Shown here piece after piece: positions 1 through 9,414 of a DNA stretch of 64,000 nucleotides; position 1 is the stretch's first letter; each line of letters begins with the position of its first letter. A model generated the notes under the pieces. It ran no database searches and was not told the DNA's origin. It saw only the letters and a program-made list of their open reading frames with translations. The translations under genes were made by a program, and so were the position numbers. Source of the DNA: a virus (taxonomy: Duplodnaviria > Heunggongvirae > Uroviricota > Caudoviricetes); IMG/VR virus record IMGVR_UViG_3300046499_000850. One strand, given 5' to 3'.

Positions 1-32
1 TCCCTGTCATCGACTAATCGTAGTACAGAGGA

Positions 33-84
33 GAGGAGACCTACGGGTCTCCCTCTTCTTCTCTTTCTTTTTTTCTTTTGTTGA
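33..84 (+). terminator. hairpin (gaggagacc/ggtctcc) followed by long T-rich run; probable intrinsic terminator of upstream operon
   Basis: 7-8 bp GC stem at 33-55 then ttcttctctttctttttttctttt. Confidence 0.55.
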
Positions 85-115
85 AAAGCAGAAGTGAGAG
101 CACAAGGAGGATTAG

Positions 116-140
116 AGTTATTAGCTTAAAGCTAATAACT
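116..140. promoter_or_regulatory. perfect palindrome agttattagctt-a-aagctaataact (12-bp arms); candidate operator
   Basis: exact reverse-complement arms read directly from sequence. Confidence 0.4.
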
Positions 141-338
141 AAGTATAGAAGTGAAAGTTGCCAAGGGGGAATGGAGGGCTGGAAGGGGTAGCAAGCGAAG
201 TCTTACCTGCCATTGCTGGCAAGTAGTGGCTTGAATTCGCTCAAGTGTTAATGGCGCTAAATAGAAATAAACCTATATCACAGATAGGATAAGTTGGGCT
301 GAAACTATCTGTTATTCTTTTGTAAATAGGAAAAAATC

Positions 339-566
339 ATGTATGCCATTGGACACACTAGATGTGTTGCAGACGCTTTGAAAGAAGCGTCTGATTTGGC
401 TGAATCATTTCGAAACAGACAACCGTCGATCGAAGAAGCCAAGAGACTAGTACAGTTAATTTCTGCCGCGGGAAAAGAAGCTGTTGGTCTTGCTAATATT
501 CTCATCGCTGGCGAAAAAGCATGGGAAGATATTAAGAACGGCGATCGACCCACCTTGAATTCGTAA
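339..566 (+). CDS. hypothetical small protein (75 aa)
   Basis: ORF with AG-rich upstream; no recognisable motif. Confidence 0.4.
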   Translation: MYAIGHTRCVADALKEASDLAESFRNRQPSIEEAKRLVQLISAAGKEAVGLANILIAGEKAWEDIKNGDRPTLNS

Positions 567-609
567 TCAGGCTATTTCGAAAATTAACAGCAAAACGAAA
601 GGAGAAGAA

Positions 610-798
610 ATGAGTGTGTTCAGAAGACACTTGAATCAAGCAAGGGACAGCTTGCGCCAAGCGTCCGATATCGTCGCTCTCCACAATGGCGAAGACATCG
701 ACTTGCAGCAACTGAAAGACGCTGCCAGACAAGCTGCACAAGCCTCGGAAGTGCTGAACCGTTTAGTCGGCATGAAGATGGCAGAACCGAAGAAATAA
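610..798 (+). CDS. hypothetical small helical protein (62 aa)
   Basis: RBS aaaggagaag 6 nt upstream of ATG. Confidence 0.5.
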   Translation: MSVFRRHLNQARDSLRQASDIVALHNGEDIDLQQLKDAARQAAQASEVLNRLVGMKMAEPKK

Positions 799-869
799 GT
801 CCGTGATTGTAAAAATACCGTAGAGACATTCTCTATGAAGCCACCCTCGCTGTTCACTTCAACCACCCA

Positions 870-880
870 ATAATCAACAA
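870..880 (+). promoter_or_regulatory. TATAATCAACAA-family promoter-like motif upstream of 890..1276
   Basis: aataatcaacaacat 10 nt before ATG; recurring motif. Confidence 0.5.
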
Positions 881-889
881 CATACGCAC

Positions 890-1276
890 ATGAAGAACCT
901 CACACCTGGCGCGATCCATATCGAACGCCAAAATGGTACACGGGTATCCTTACCACCGTGTGACAATCCCCCTACCATCAAAGAGATGCCGGGTCATGTT
1001 TTTGGTTATCTCGGTGGTTTGGAGATCGTGAAGGAAGGTTACAAGGAAGTTGACCTTCACGGTTTGACCAGTGACAGCGAAGAACAACTGTTTATCGTTA
1101 CCCGCGAAGTGTTTGACGCACTTCCGTTTTACGCTACCGAGTTCGTGACTCCCGATCTCGCTAGCGCTGTAGTTAATGGCTTGGGTATTGCCCACGTCAT
1201 CCGGCGATTCATCGCCAAACCTGCAATGCAAGCTGTACCTGAAAAACCCTTTGTGGCTAAAGAACAAGCCGCTTAA
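890..1276 (+). CDS. hypothetical protein (128 aa)
   Basis: ORF directly downstream of conserved motif. Confidence 0.5.
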   Translation: MKNLTPGAIHIERQNGTRVSLPPCDNPPTIKEMPGHVFGYLGGLEIVKEGYKEVDLHGLTSDSEEQLFIVTREVFDALPFYATEFVTPDLASAVVNGLGIAHVIRRFIAKPAMQAVPEKPFVAKEQAA

Positions 1277-1287
1277 TAATCAACAAC
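1276..1287 (+). promoter_or_regulatory. TATAATCAACAA-family promoter-like motif upstream of 1306..1743
   Basis: taataatcaacaacac. Confidence 0.5.
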
Positions 1288-1305
1288 ACTTTTAAAGGAA
1301 ACATC

Positions 1306-1743
1306 ATGTTTGGTTTCAACAAAAACAAAGCTGCCTCGTCCACGACTATCGAATTCGGCATCGATACCCCGGTCCTGTTCCACAAAGAATGCAACGGCCA
1401 TATCGAGCACGGTAAGCTGGCTGCCACCCACGCCACCCTCGGCGTGACCAAGAACGACGGCGTGCGCTTCGCCTTCCAAGGCATCGAGCCGCCGATGCTG
1501 ACTCCGGCCATCATGGCTTACATCTTCGACCAGGCCGAACGCAAGGGCTACGTCGTCAGCCACCTGCACAGCTACTGCAACGTCGTGACCCAGGTGCCGG
1601 CCCCGAAGCTCAACCCGCGTGACGATGCGGCGGCGCCGGTGCTGCACACGCCTCCCAGTCGTCTCGGTGACCACCAACGCGGTGTGGCGCGTACTCCGCG
1701 CCGTCCTTCCGGTCCGCGTGCCGATGCATCGCAAGCGTCGTAA
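1306..1743 (+). CDS. hypothetical protein (145 aa); C-terminal third is Pro/Arg-rich low complexity
   Basis: RBS aaaggaaacatc-ATG; antisense 174-aa ORF judged spurious. Confidence 0.5.
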   Translation: MFGFNKNKAASSTTIEFGIDTPVLFHKECNGHIEHGKLAATHATLGVTKNDGVRFAFQGIEPPMLTPAIMAYIFDQAERKGYVVSHLHSYCNVVTQVPAPKLNPRDDAAAPVLHTPPSRLGDHQRGVARTPRRPSGPRADASQAS

Positions 1744-1795
1744 CTCCTTACTGCGTTCACTGAAGTCAACACTCGACGTCGGCCTTAACCCCACC

Positions 1796-2068
1796 ATGCC
1801 AACCCATCTACGTCATGGGACAGCGTGGTTTGAAGTCAGTGGAATGGGATTGGTGAAACGTGATTTTCTGGTCAATGACCGTGATCTGTTGGTGGAACAT
1901 CCCCGGCAGATGGCGATCGATGTGGTCCAGCAAATCATGCTCATCGACCCCACCCTACCCAAACGACTAGAACTGTGCCGTCCAGCACAAATCGATATCG
2001 TGGGAACAGAACTGCGTCGGATGTATAAGCTTCCCACATTCAGCCTGGTTTTGGAACAGTCGCTGTAA
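1796..2068 (+). CDS. hypothetical protein; start uncertain (ORF opens at 1619 overlapping previous gene in another frame)
   Basis: first in-frame ATG after upstream stop; no clear RBS. Confidence 0.3.
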   Translation: MPTHLRHGTAWFEVSGMGLVKRDFLVNDRDLLVEHPRQMAIDVVQQIMLIDPTLPKRLELCRPAQIDIVGTELRRMYKLPTFSLVLEQSL

Positions 2069-2138
2069 TGTCTACCCCCTCCGCTCATCGAGCGGAGGGG
2101 ATAGCTCTTCTATTTATTTTTTTGCTTATAACAAAACC

Positions 2139-2813
2139 ATGTCCGATACTAAAGGTATGTTTATTACGTTCGAAGGCATTGATGCCAGCGGGAAGACCAC
2201 CAACGTCGCTATCCTTGCCGACCACTTGCGCTCGCGCGGTTACAAGGTCATCACCACCCGTGAACCGGGCGGTAACCCGATCGGTGACAAAATCCGCGAA
2301 CTGCTGCTCAGCACCAGCCGTGAAACCATGAAGATGGACAAACTCACGGAACTGTTGCTGTTCCTGGCCTCGCGTAACGAGCACGTCCAAAAGCAAGTGA
2401 TCCCGCATCTGAAAGCTGGTTACGTGGTAATCTGCGACCGCTTCCACGATTCGACTTATGCGTACCAAGGCTATGCCCGTGGGATGCTAGAAGATCTCAA
2501 CCGCTTGGGTAGCTATGTGAACGGCAACATCACACCGGACATCACCCTGTTCTTCACCCTGCCGTTCGAAGAAAGTGTACGCCGTTTGGAGCTGCGTAGG
2601 GAAAAGCAAGACCGGCTGGACTTGGAGGAGCAAGACTTCCGTCGCAAAGTCTACGATGGTTACCAGATGCGTTTGGGTCGTTGGCCGAACAGTGACCATT
2701 ACAAAGAAACGTTCAACCGCAAGGTCGTGCAGATCGACGCCCTGCCGGAACCCGAGGTAGTCTCGGCCAGTATCAAAGCCTGGGCCAACACCGTCTTTGA
2801 AAACCTGAACTGA
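2139..2813 (+). CDS. tmk: thymidylate kinase (dTMP kinase)
   Basis: P-loop FEGIDASGKTT at N-terminus, typical Tmk length and motifs. Confidence 0.9.
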   Translation: MSDTKGMFITFEGIDASGKTTNVAILADHLRSRGYKVITTREPGGNPIGDKIRELLLSTSRETMKMDKLTELLLFLASRNEHVQKQVIPHLKAGYVVICDRFHDSTYAYQGYARGMLEDLNRLGSYVNGNITPDITLFFTLPFEESVRRLELRREKQDRLDLEEQDFRRKVYDGYQMRLGRWPNSDHYKETFNRKVVQIDALPEPEVVSASIKAWANTVFENLN

Positions 2814-2815
2814 TC

Positions 2816-3082
2816 ATGGCACGCCATAAAGGGCTGAATATCAAGGTCGGCGACAAGATCTTCCGTGATGTTGATAAGATGGATCGGCGGCAATTGTGGG
2901 ATGTCCAAGATGCGATTTCCAGAAAGCAGGGCTTCATTCGTTTGGCATTGCACGGCAATGTCTCGCCTGCCACTGTCGTGTTGCTGAACAAGCAATATGA
3001 AAGTCTGCGTCGCCGCGCAACACGGGTCGATCATCTCATCCGTTCTTTGCCTGCCACGCTTATCATCCCTCCAAAAACCTAA
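2816..3082 (+). CDS. hypothetical protein, paralogue family A (with 3526..3846)
   Basis: N-terminus GLNIKVGDKIFRDVDKMDRRQL matches PNIKVGGKVYRDIQKMDANQL. Confidence 0.5.
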   Translation: MARHKGLNIKVGDKIFRDVDKMDRRQLWDVQDAISRKQGFIRLALHGNVSPATVVLLNKQYESLRRRATRVDHLIRSLPATLIIPPKT

Positions 3083-3097
3083 TCTAGGAGAACCTGC

Positions 3098-3523
3098 ATG
3101 CTAAGCAATACCAATTCTGTTTTTAGTAAATCGGGATTCGTTGATTGGATGCAGAAGTTCCAACGACAATGGTTCCGATGGATGCACGCCTGTTATCCCG
3201 TCGAGCATATCAACGACCCCAAAGAAAACCGCCAACGCTTTGCCGAAGAAGCGATCGAAGCCATGCAGGCATTCGATATGCCCAAAGAAGAAGTGCTAGC
3301 GATGGTCGAGTATGTGTACGGTCGTGAAAAGGGTGAACCGGCTCAAGAAGCGGCAGGTGCTCTCAATTGCCTTGTGACCTTGTGTAATCTACACAAAATC
3401 AATCTCGGTCAAGCCGCCGTCGAGGACCTCGACTATTGTTGGCAAAACTTGGACAAGATCCGCGCCAAGAATGCTCTGAAGCCCAAGTTTGGTAAACCAC
3501 CTCAACCCAACAACCAAGAATAA
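3098..3523 (+). CDS. hypothetical protein (141 aa)
   Basis: RBS ctaggagaacc-ATG. Confidence 0.55.
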   Translation: MLSNTNSVFSKSGFVDWMQKFQRQWFRWMHACYPVEHINDPKENRQRFAEEAIEAMQAFDMPKEEVLAMVEYVYGREKGEPAQEAAGALNCLVTLCNLHKINLGQAAVEDLDYCWQNLDKIRAKNALKPKFGKPPQPNNQE

Positions 3524-3525
3524 GC

Positions 3526-3846
3526 ATGCCCAATATTAAAGTCGGCGGTAAAGTCTACCGCGATATCCAAAAGATGGATGCCAACCAACTCCACGAAGTG
3601 CGTTCGAAGTTGGTGCAAGAACAAATGAAGGTGGCACTGAGCGCCCAGAAACTGATCGGCAAACCGAACATGGTGGCCCTGATCGGCAGGTACCAAGCGC
3701 AAGATCAACAGCTGGCCAAACGTATCGCGATCGTCGATAACTTTGCCAAGCAGATTTTCAAGAAGGCGATCCCGGAAGTCCCGAAACATTACACGGAACC
3801 CGAGCAAACCGATGAACAAACCGTTACACCTACTGCAGGAGCATAA
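3526..3846 (+). CDS. hypothetical protein, paralogue family A
   Basis: shares N-terminal 25-aa motif with 2816..3082. Confidence 0.55.
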   Translation: MPNIKVGGKVYRDIQKMDANQLHEVRSKLVQEQMKVALSAQKLIGKPNMVALIGRYQAQDQQLAKRIAIVDNFAKQIFKKAIPEVPKHYTEPEQTDEQTVTPTAGA

Positions 3847-3954
3847 CTGCGCCGGTAAGTGCCTTCGGGAAGATCTCGAAGGTGATGTTTGTTTTCATGG
3901 TACGTGCGAATACAACATCCATGATCCATTCAACGCGAAACAAAAGGAAGAGTT

Positions 3955-4272
3955 ATGTCAGTTGCAGCAGGTCACGCATCAGCAGGCCATAGCAGCGGCC
4001 ACAGCGCAGCACATGCCAGTACCGTCCATGCCACCGCTGTTACCCACGAAGCCACCACCAGCCACGGTAACAACAGCCCGGTTAATTTCCTCCTCGTCCC
4101 CCATTCCAGCGCGTCGTCAACGAGTAGCGCGGTGGGTGCAAGCAACCCGTCGCAAGAAAAAGAAGATCTCCAAATGAGTAATCCGTCGGCCGCTGGGGCC
4201 GGTGTGTTATTACTGGTCCTCGTAGTTATCGTGATCTTCACGTGTCGGGCGCTGGATCAAAAACGCAACTAG
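3955..4272 (+). CDS. hypothetical low-complexity (His/Ala/Ser-rich) protein with C-terminal transmembrane helix
   Basis: RBS aaaaggaagag; hydrophobic tail AGAGVLLLVLVVIVIF. Confidence 0.35.
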   Translation: MSVAAGHASAGHSSGHSAAHASTVHATAVTHEATTSHGNNSPVNFLLVPHSSASSTSSAVGASNPSQEKEDLQMSNPSAAGAGVLLLVLVVIVIFTCRALDQKRN

Positions 4273-4280
4273 GGATAACG

Positions 4281-4460
4281 ATGACTCAACCGAAAGAAGG
4301 CGGCCGCCGCCAGAAAACAGGCTTGGATGTTTTCCATGACCTCATGAATGGCGTTTACATACTGCTGTTAATCGCATTAATTATCTTCGCGTTTCAGTAC
4401 GACGGTATTCTGAAAGCCATCCACGATTACCAACAACCGACCTGCCGCTTGGTCAAATAA
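4281..4460 (+). CDS. small membrane protein (59 aa)
   Basis: RBS aggga; TM segment VYILLLIALIIFAF. Confidence 0.4.
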   Translation: MTQPKEGGRRQKTGLDVFHDLMNGVYILLLIALIIFAFQYDGILKAIHDYQQPTCRLVK

Positions 4461-4478
4461 CAAGGAACAAAAAACATC

Positions 4479-5543
4479 ATGAATCAAGCCATCCAAGAAC
4501 TTCAACAACATCTGCTGAACCCGCAAGAACAAACTTATCTGAATCTGATGCATAATGTCCACACCAATGGCCAGATCAAAACAGATCGCACTGGTACCGG
4601 CACTCGGTCAGATTTCGGCAAGATGATGCGCTTCAACCTGCAAGATGGCATTCCGATGCTGACTACCAAGAAGATCCACCTGAAGTCGATCATCCACGAA
4701 ATCATCTGGTTCCTGGCCGGCAGCACAAACATCCAGTACCTGAAGGACAACGGCGTCACCATCTGGGACGAGTGGGCTGATGAGAACGGTGAACTCGGTC
4801 CGGTCTACGGCAAGCAATGGCGACGCTGGGAAGACACCAAGGTCGTACCGGTCAATCGAATGGACGAGATCGACGAGTTGGTCGCGCAGGGTTATACACA
4901 ACTCGGGCACATCACTAAGCTCGACTTCACCCTGTGCTCTGTTCTGCAAAAGGAATACGACCAGATCACCGATGCAATGAACGCGATCAAGAACAACCCG
5001 GATTCGCGCCGCATCATCGTGAACGCCTGGAATGTCGGCGATGTGCCGGGTATGAAGCTGCCACCATGCCACGCGATGTACCAGTTCTACGTGTCGGACA
5101 TGACGTCACAAGAGCGTGCGAATTACGCCATCAGGAAGGGCGTCGAGATCAGTCAGGACATGGTGTCGCATTATGCGAGCGTCGATGAGTATCTCGACCA
5201 CGTCCACATCCCACGTAAGAAGTTATCCTGCATGTTGTACCAGCGTTCGGCAGATATCTTCTTGGGTGTGCCATTCAACATCGTGTCGTATTCGATGTTG
5301 GTACACATGTTCGCCCAACAGGCCGATATGGCAGTCGGTGACTTCATCTGGGTCGGCGGTGACTGCCACATCTACTCGAACCATACCGAGCAAGTTGATC
5401 TGCAACTGTCCCGTGATGCGCGCGCGATGCCGCAACTCGTGCTCAAACGTAAACCGAAATCGATCTTCGACTACAAGTTCGAAGACTTCGAGATCACGGG
5501 CTACGATCCGCATCCGACCATCAAAGCTCCAGTGGCGGTGTGA
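4479..5543 (+). CDS. thyA: thymidylate synthase ThyA with two internal insertions (354 aa)
   Basis: [28 protein letters not shown], catalytic LPPCH, LGVPFNI, C-terminal [13 protein letters not shown]; about 35 and 40 aa inserts relative to enterobacterial ThyA. Confidence 0.9.
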   Translation: MNQAIQELQQHLLNPQEQTYLNLMHNVHTNGQIKTDRTGTGTRSDFGKMMRFNLQDGIPMLTTKKIHLKSIIHEIIWFLAGSTNIQYLKDNGVTIWDEWADENGELGPVYGKQWRRWEDTKVVPVNRMDEIDELVAQGYTQLGHITKLDFTLCSVLQKEYDQITDAMNAIKNNPDSRRIIVNAWNVGDVPGMKLPPCHAMYQFYVSDMTSQERANYAIRKGVEISQDMVSHYASVDEYLDHVHIPRKKLSCMLYQRSADIFLGVPFNIVSYSMLVHMFAQQADMAVGDFIWVGGDCHIYSNHTEQVDLQLSRDARAMPQLVLKRKPKSIFDYKFEDFEITGYDPHPTIKAPVAV

Positions 5544-5734
5544 CGTGTGGTTCTTTGTATTTTGGACCTTGGGCCAAAGAACAAGTTCAACTGGCGGCGG
5601 AACGCCAAGGCGACTCAAGCGTGTTTGGCAGGCGTTTTGTCGTCTTCACTTTGGCTGGCAAATTGCTATCACCATGTGGCTGACGATCATGTGCGTTAAA
5701 GCCTTTTGTTAATTCATCTTTTAAGGAGATTCAC

Positions 5735-6040
5735 ATGAGCTGGGATCATGATGGTAATAACAGTGGCTCCGATTTTGTCTACTTCGCCGGCGGTTCGTCG
5801 GGCAAGACTGATGGCATCAGCGTTTTGTTCGCGCTGATCATCCTCGGGTTGTTGATTGGTCTTGGTATTTGGTTGCACAAGCGCACCCAGGAAAACGACC
5901 GCAAGCTGCTGGCGTACATCAACGCGCACCAGTGCAAGATCACCAACTATATCGGCGGGGACAAGAACCGTCGGGCGGTGTACATGTGTGACAACGGTGA
6001 GAAGCTCGACTTCGAAGTCCGTAAGGCGGCTCTCGAATGA
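5735..6040 (+). CDS. small membrane protein, paralogue family B (H-x-C...C-D-N-G motif)
   Basis: RBS ttaaggagattcac; TM helix; HQCKITNYIGG...YMCDNGEKLD. Confidence 0.5.
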   Translation: MSWDHDGNNSGSDFVYFAGGSSGKTDGISVLFALIILGLLIGLGIWLHKRTQENDRKLLAYINAHQCKITNYIGGDKNRRAVYMCDNGEKLDFEVRKAALE

Positions 6041-6261
6041 GTCAGCGCGCCTTCGTAACGATGGTATTGGTTGGGCTACTCCTTCTACTTTCTGCATTCA
6101 GTTACAAGCATGGTCGAGAGCAGGCCAAAAAACAAGGTCAGTTTTTGCTCCAACATTCCTGTACCCGTATCGAAATTAGTTTACATGTCGAATCGGTATA
6201 TCAGTGTGATAAAGGAGTGTGGACTGGAGAAGACATCGAGAAAATGGTGGAGGTGTTGTAA
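6037..6261 (+). CDS. small membrane protein, paralogue family B
   Basis: ATGA overlap with upstream stop; TM helix; HSCTRIE...YQCDKGVW. Confidence 0.45.
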   Translation: MSQRAFVTMVLVGLLLLLSAFSYKHGREQAKKQGQFLLQHSCTRIEISLHVESVYQCDKGVWTGEDIEKMVEVL

Positions 6262-6307
6262 AATAATCCAGCTGGCCAATCCACAATAGGGCGTTAAAGG
6301 AAGTTCT

Positions 6308-6613
6308 ATGAACTGGTTAAAATCGAAACTGCTTTGCTTCGACCCACTTGGTATTAATATTCCATTTCTCATCGCGATTGGGGCGGGGTTAGTACTCACG
6401 TTCATGGTTTGTCTTCATGATACGCCCTATAGTCCACTGAGTTTTGATAGTGATAAAAACCCAAAACGCGACGACAATCAGCGTTTCATGACTTATCTCG
6501 CCAACCACGAATGCAGCCGTTACACGATTGGGGGAGTACAGTACCATTGCGATAATGGTTGGTGGGATGAACGCGATATTCTCAAGATCATCAATGGACA
6601 ATATCCAAACTAA
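6308..6613 (+). CDS. small membrane protein, paralogue family B
   Basis: RBS aaaggaagttct; TM helix; HECSRYTIGG...YHCDNGWW. Confidence 0.5.
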   Translation: MNWLKSKLLCFDPLGINIPFLIAIGAGLVLTFMVCLHDTPYSPLSFDSDKNPKRDDNQRFMTYLANHECSRYTIGGVQYHCDNGWWDERDILKIINGQYPN

Positions 6614-6776
6614 ATTCTTAGAAAGTGCGAAGGTGGAGTCAGCCGCTATCCAGCGGCTGTTAGCACAAGACCCCAAAGACCTAACGCCGTATGAAATCAA
6701 GAACTGCGCCAAACGCGCCGCTGATCTGGCGGCAGAACTGAATATGTTGTTAGGCACCATTAACCGCAGTAAGTAA
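6594..6776 (+). CDS. hypothetical small protein (60 aa)
   Basis: first ATG of out-of-frame ORF overlapping end of 6308..6613. Confidence 0.3.
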   Translation: MDNIQTKFLESAKVESAAIQRLLAQDPKDLTPYEIKNCAKRAADLAAELNMLLGTINRSK

Positions 6777-6787
6777 AGGAATGTATT

Positions 6788-7861
6788 ATGTCGTTGTCTT
6801 TTGACGATGAACCACAAGCAGTAGAACAACCGGCGTCAAGCGCCGATGTGTCCAAGCGCGTCCATGCTTCGGACAAACGGATGATCAACGCCACCACCGA
6901 CGTCAATCAGCTGGTGCCGTTCAAGTACAAGTGGGCTTGGCAGATGTACTTGGATAGCTGCAACAACCACTGGATGCCGGCCGAGTACAAGATGGGCACC
7001 GACCTCAACCAAGTCGCGATGGACCTCATCACGACGGGCGAGCAAAAGATGATCGAACGGGTCATCGGCAGTCTGGTCTTGACCAAGGGTGGCGCTGGAG
7101 ATTTGGCGATGCACATCTACCGGCACATTACGGCGCCGGAAGCGCGGCAGTACATTCTGCGTCAAGGCTTCGAAGAAGCCCTGGTGCCACACGTCTACGC
7201 ACATATCGTCGAAAAGCTCACGCTGAACGAAGGTGTGTTGCTCGACCCGGCCAACCAGCCGACGACGTTCCACAACAAGCAGAACTATCTGGAAAATCGT
7301 CTGACGTTCCTGAGAGACCCGAAGTTCCGTACCGATACGACCGAAAACACGCAAGCGTTCATCCGCGGTCTCGCGGTGTACACGTGCGCCATGAAAGGTC
7401 TGTTCTCGATCGTCGACTTCGTTCAGGTGCTGACACTCGGTCAACGTGGCAAGATGCCCGATCTGGTGCAGCAGTTCTCGCTGATGCTGCGTGACCAGCA
7501 AACCCAGGTCGAGTTCGGTCTCGAAGTGATCCAGGCGATCCGCAATGAGAATCCGCAGGTCTGGACTGACGAGTTGGTGATCGATCTCAAGCAGATCCTC
7601 AAAGATGCCGTGATGCTGGAACTGGCACACGCTGTCGCTACCGCAACTGGAGAAGGCGCTGAACCGCCCCACCAGTATAGCCATCTGTTACAACTGGCGG
7701 CGAACCGCATGGCGATGAAGATCGGTATCGGTGTGATCTTCCAACCGCAAGCCAATCCGTTTCCGTGGATGACCCAGGCGCTGGGTCTGCAGGAACGTAA
7801 GAACATCACCAGCACCCCGGTGGTGGAAAACAAGGTCTCGACCACGTTGGACTGGGACTAA
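6788..7861 (+). CDS. nrdB: ribonucleotide reductase small subunit (R2)-like protein
   Basis: N-terminal FKYKWAWQMYL...NHWMPAEY and C-terminal NPFPWM resemble class I RNR beta; metal ligand set not verified. Confidence 0.65.
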   Translation: MSLSFDDEPQAVEQPASSADVSKRVHASDKRMINATTDVNQLVPFKYKWAWQMYLDSCNNHWMPAEYKMGTDLNQVAMDLITTGEQKMIERVIGSLVLTKGGAGDLAMHIYRHITAPEARQYILRQGFEEALVPHVYAHIVEKLTLNEGVLLDPANQPTTFHNKQNYLENRLTFLRDPKFRTDTTENTQAFIRGLAVYTCAMKGLFSIVDFVQVLTLGQRGKMPDLVQQFSLMLRDQQTQVEFGLEVIQAIRNENPQVWTDELVIDLKQILKDAVMLELAHAVATATGEGAEPPHQYSHLLQLAANRMAMKIGIGVIFQPQANPFPWMTQALGLQERKNITSTPVVENKVSTTLDWD

Positions 7862-7881
7862 TCATCTCAAGGAGTTAACGC

Positions 7882-8172
7882 ATGACACGTGAACAGAAAC
7901 AAGCATGGAAAGAGTTGTTTGTAGGGTTATCGAAAACCTCTGCACTTATTGTAGGTGTGGGTTGGATTTCGTGGCAGTGTTTCGTGGTACGACCAGCGCA
8001 AGCAGCATTGGCGACCCCAACGGTAAGTACGTTTACCTTCAAGGATGCTTGGGGTAAGGACTACAGTGTTACCAGCTGGTTTGCTGATGGCTTGAAATGT
8101 ACGTCGGTAACGGCCGCGCCTTTCAACAATTCGAACAGCGCTTCTGTTAGCGTTTCATGCGCTAAACCTTAA
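7882..8172 (+). CDS. hypothetical secreted/membrane protein (96 aa)
   Basis: RBS caaggagttaacgc; N-terminal hydrophobic segment. Confidence 0.5.
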   Translation: MTREQKQAWKELFVGLSKTSALIVGVGWISWQCFVVRPAQAALATPTVSTFTFKDAWGKDYSVTSWFADGLKCTSVTAAPFNNSNSASVSVSCAKP

Positions 8173-8210
8173 ACATACCCGGCCGCCTTCGGGTGGCCGG
8201 GATGTATGCC
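8173..8210 (+). repeat. GC-rich hairpin (catacccggccgcc ttcg ggtggccgggatgtatg); no downstream T-run on + strand
   Basis: inverted repeat read from sequence. Confidence 0.4.
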
Positions 8211-8300
8211 GTAAAAAAAATAACACGTAGCAACCTTTCTATGTAGCAACGTACGGGCACGTGAATGCTCGATCCTTTAATCTGAAAGAGACAATAAGAA

Positions 8301-9221
8301 ATGCTGAACAAGTTTAACCCGTTCGAGCGCCGCACTGATGGCGACTTGTACCTCAAACCGGCCGGAATTGCCCGCCTGGTCCTGGCACTCATCGCGCTGG
8401 TGATGGCGCTCAGTTACTGGCCGATCCAATCGATCCCCACCGGCTACCTCGGAATCGTTACCACCCTCGGTAAGATCGATGATGTCCGCACCGACGGCGG
8501 CACCTTTATCCTGCCTTGGCAGAAGCTGACCGCGTTCAATGCTCGTGCCGAGAAGGCCGACATCGAGAACGCTGAAGGTAGCACCTCCGACACCCAACCG
8601 GTGAAGGTCAGCCTGACGGTGCGTTACGCAATCAACCGCAACAAGGTCGCCGAAGTGTTCGAACAATACAGCCGCGATGGTGACCTGTCATCCTACGTGC
8701 AAACCGCCACGCAGGAAGTCTTCAAGGCCGTCACCGCCAAATACAGCGCACCGGACTTGATCTCCAAGCGCACCAATGTATCGTCGGACATCTCGTCGGC
8801 GCTGGCTACCAAGCTGTCCATGTACGGGGCCAAAGTCATCAGCATTGACATGCGCACGTTCTCGTTCTCGCCATCCTACATGGCGGCGATCAATGAAAAG
8901 GTCACGCAAGAACAGTTGCGCCTGGGTGCCGAGAATAAGCTGAAGACGGTCGAATCCGAACAGAAGCAGAAGGTTGTGATTGCCGAAGCCGAAGCCGAAG
9001 CTGTCAAGAAGACCGCCGACGGTTCTGCCTACTCGGTGACCAAAGCTGCCGAAGCCGAAGCCCAAGCGATCCGTGTCAAGGCTCAAGCGCTGGCTCAGAA
9101 CAAGGACCTGCTGGAACTGCGCCGGATCGAAGTCGAAGCCATCCGCGCAGAAAAGTGGAATGGTCAACTGCCGACCACGATGTACGGTTCGGCCCCGATT
9201 CCGTTCCTGAACGCCAAGTAA
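8301..9221 (+). CDS. SPFH/band-7 (prohibitin/HflK-like) membrane protein
   Basis: N-terminal TM, SPFH-like core, Ala/Glu-rich coiled-coil tail (AEAEAVKK...AEAEAQAIR). Confidence 0.75.
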   Translation: MLNKFNPFERRTDGDLYLKPAGIARLVLALIALVMALSYWPIQSIPTGYLGIVTTLGKIDDVRTDGGTFILPWQKLTAFNARAEKADIENAEGSTSDTQPVKVSLTVRYAINRNKVAEVFEQYSRDGDLSSYVQTATQEVFKAVTAKYSAPDLISKRTNVSSDISSALATKLSMYGAKVISIDMRTFSFSPSYMAAINEKVTQEQLRLGAENKLKTVESEQKQKVVIAEAEAEAVKKTADGSAYSVTKAAEAEAQAIRVKAQALAQNKDLLELRRIEVEAIRAEKWNGQLPTTMYGSAPIPFLNAK

Positions 9222-9229
9222 GCGTCATA

Positions 9230-9278
9230 CTCCCGCTACCCAAGTGGTAGCGGGAGCTATGCTGTTCTATTGTTTTTT
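9230..9278 (+). terminator. intrinsic terminator, conserved family (ctcccgctacc-caag-ggtagcgggag + T-run)
   Basis: 11-bp perfect stem then ctatgctgttctattgtttttt. Confidence 0.75.
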
Positions 9279-9414
9279 GCGGCTATATCACACTACAGAG
9301 TGTAAATGTTGCACAGCAGGAAATTTTTATTGGGCAACAGGATGTTTTGAGTAGTAAGGGAATCGCGACGCCCTGCAACAGTAAAAGATGCGCTTATTTT
9401 TCGGGAGTCGAAAA

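Noticed and set aside
1273-1797. 174-aa minus-strand ORF
   Set aside because: Overlaps + strand gene 1306..1743, which has a good RBS. All neighbouring genes are on the + strand.
4479-5543. Intein inside ThyA
   Set aside because: The inserts are only about 35-40 aa and lack the Cys/Ser...His-Asn junction residues. They are interpreted as lineage-specific loops.
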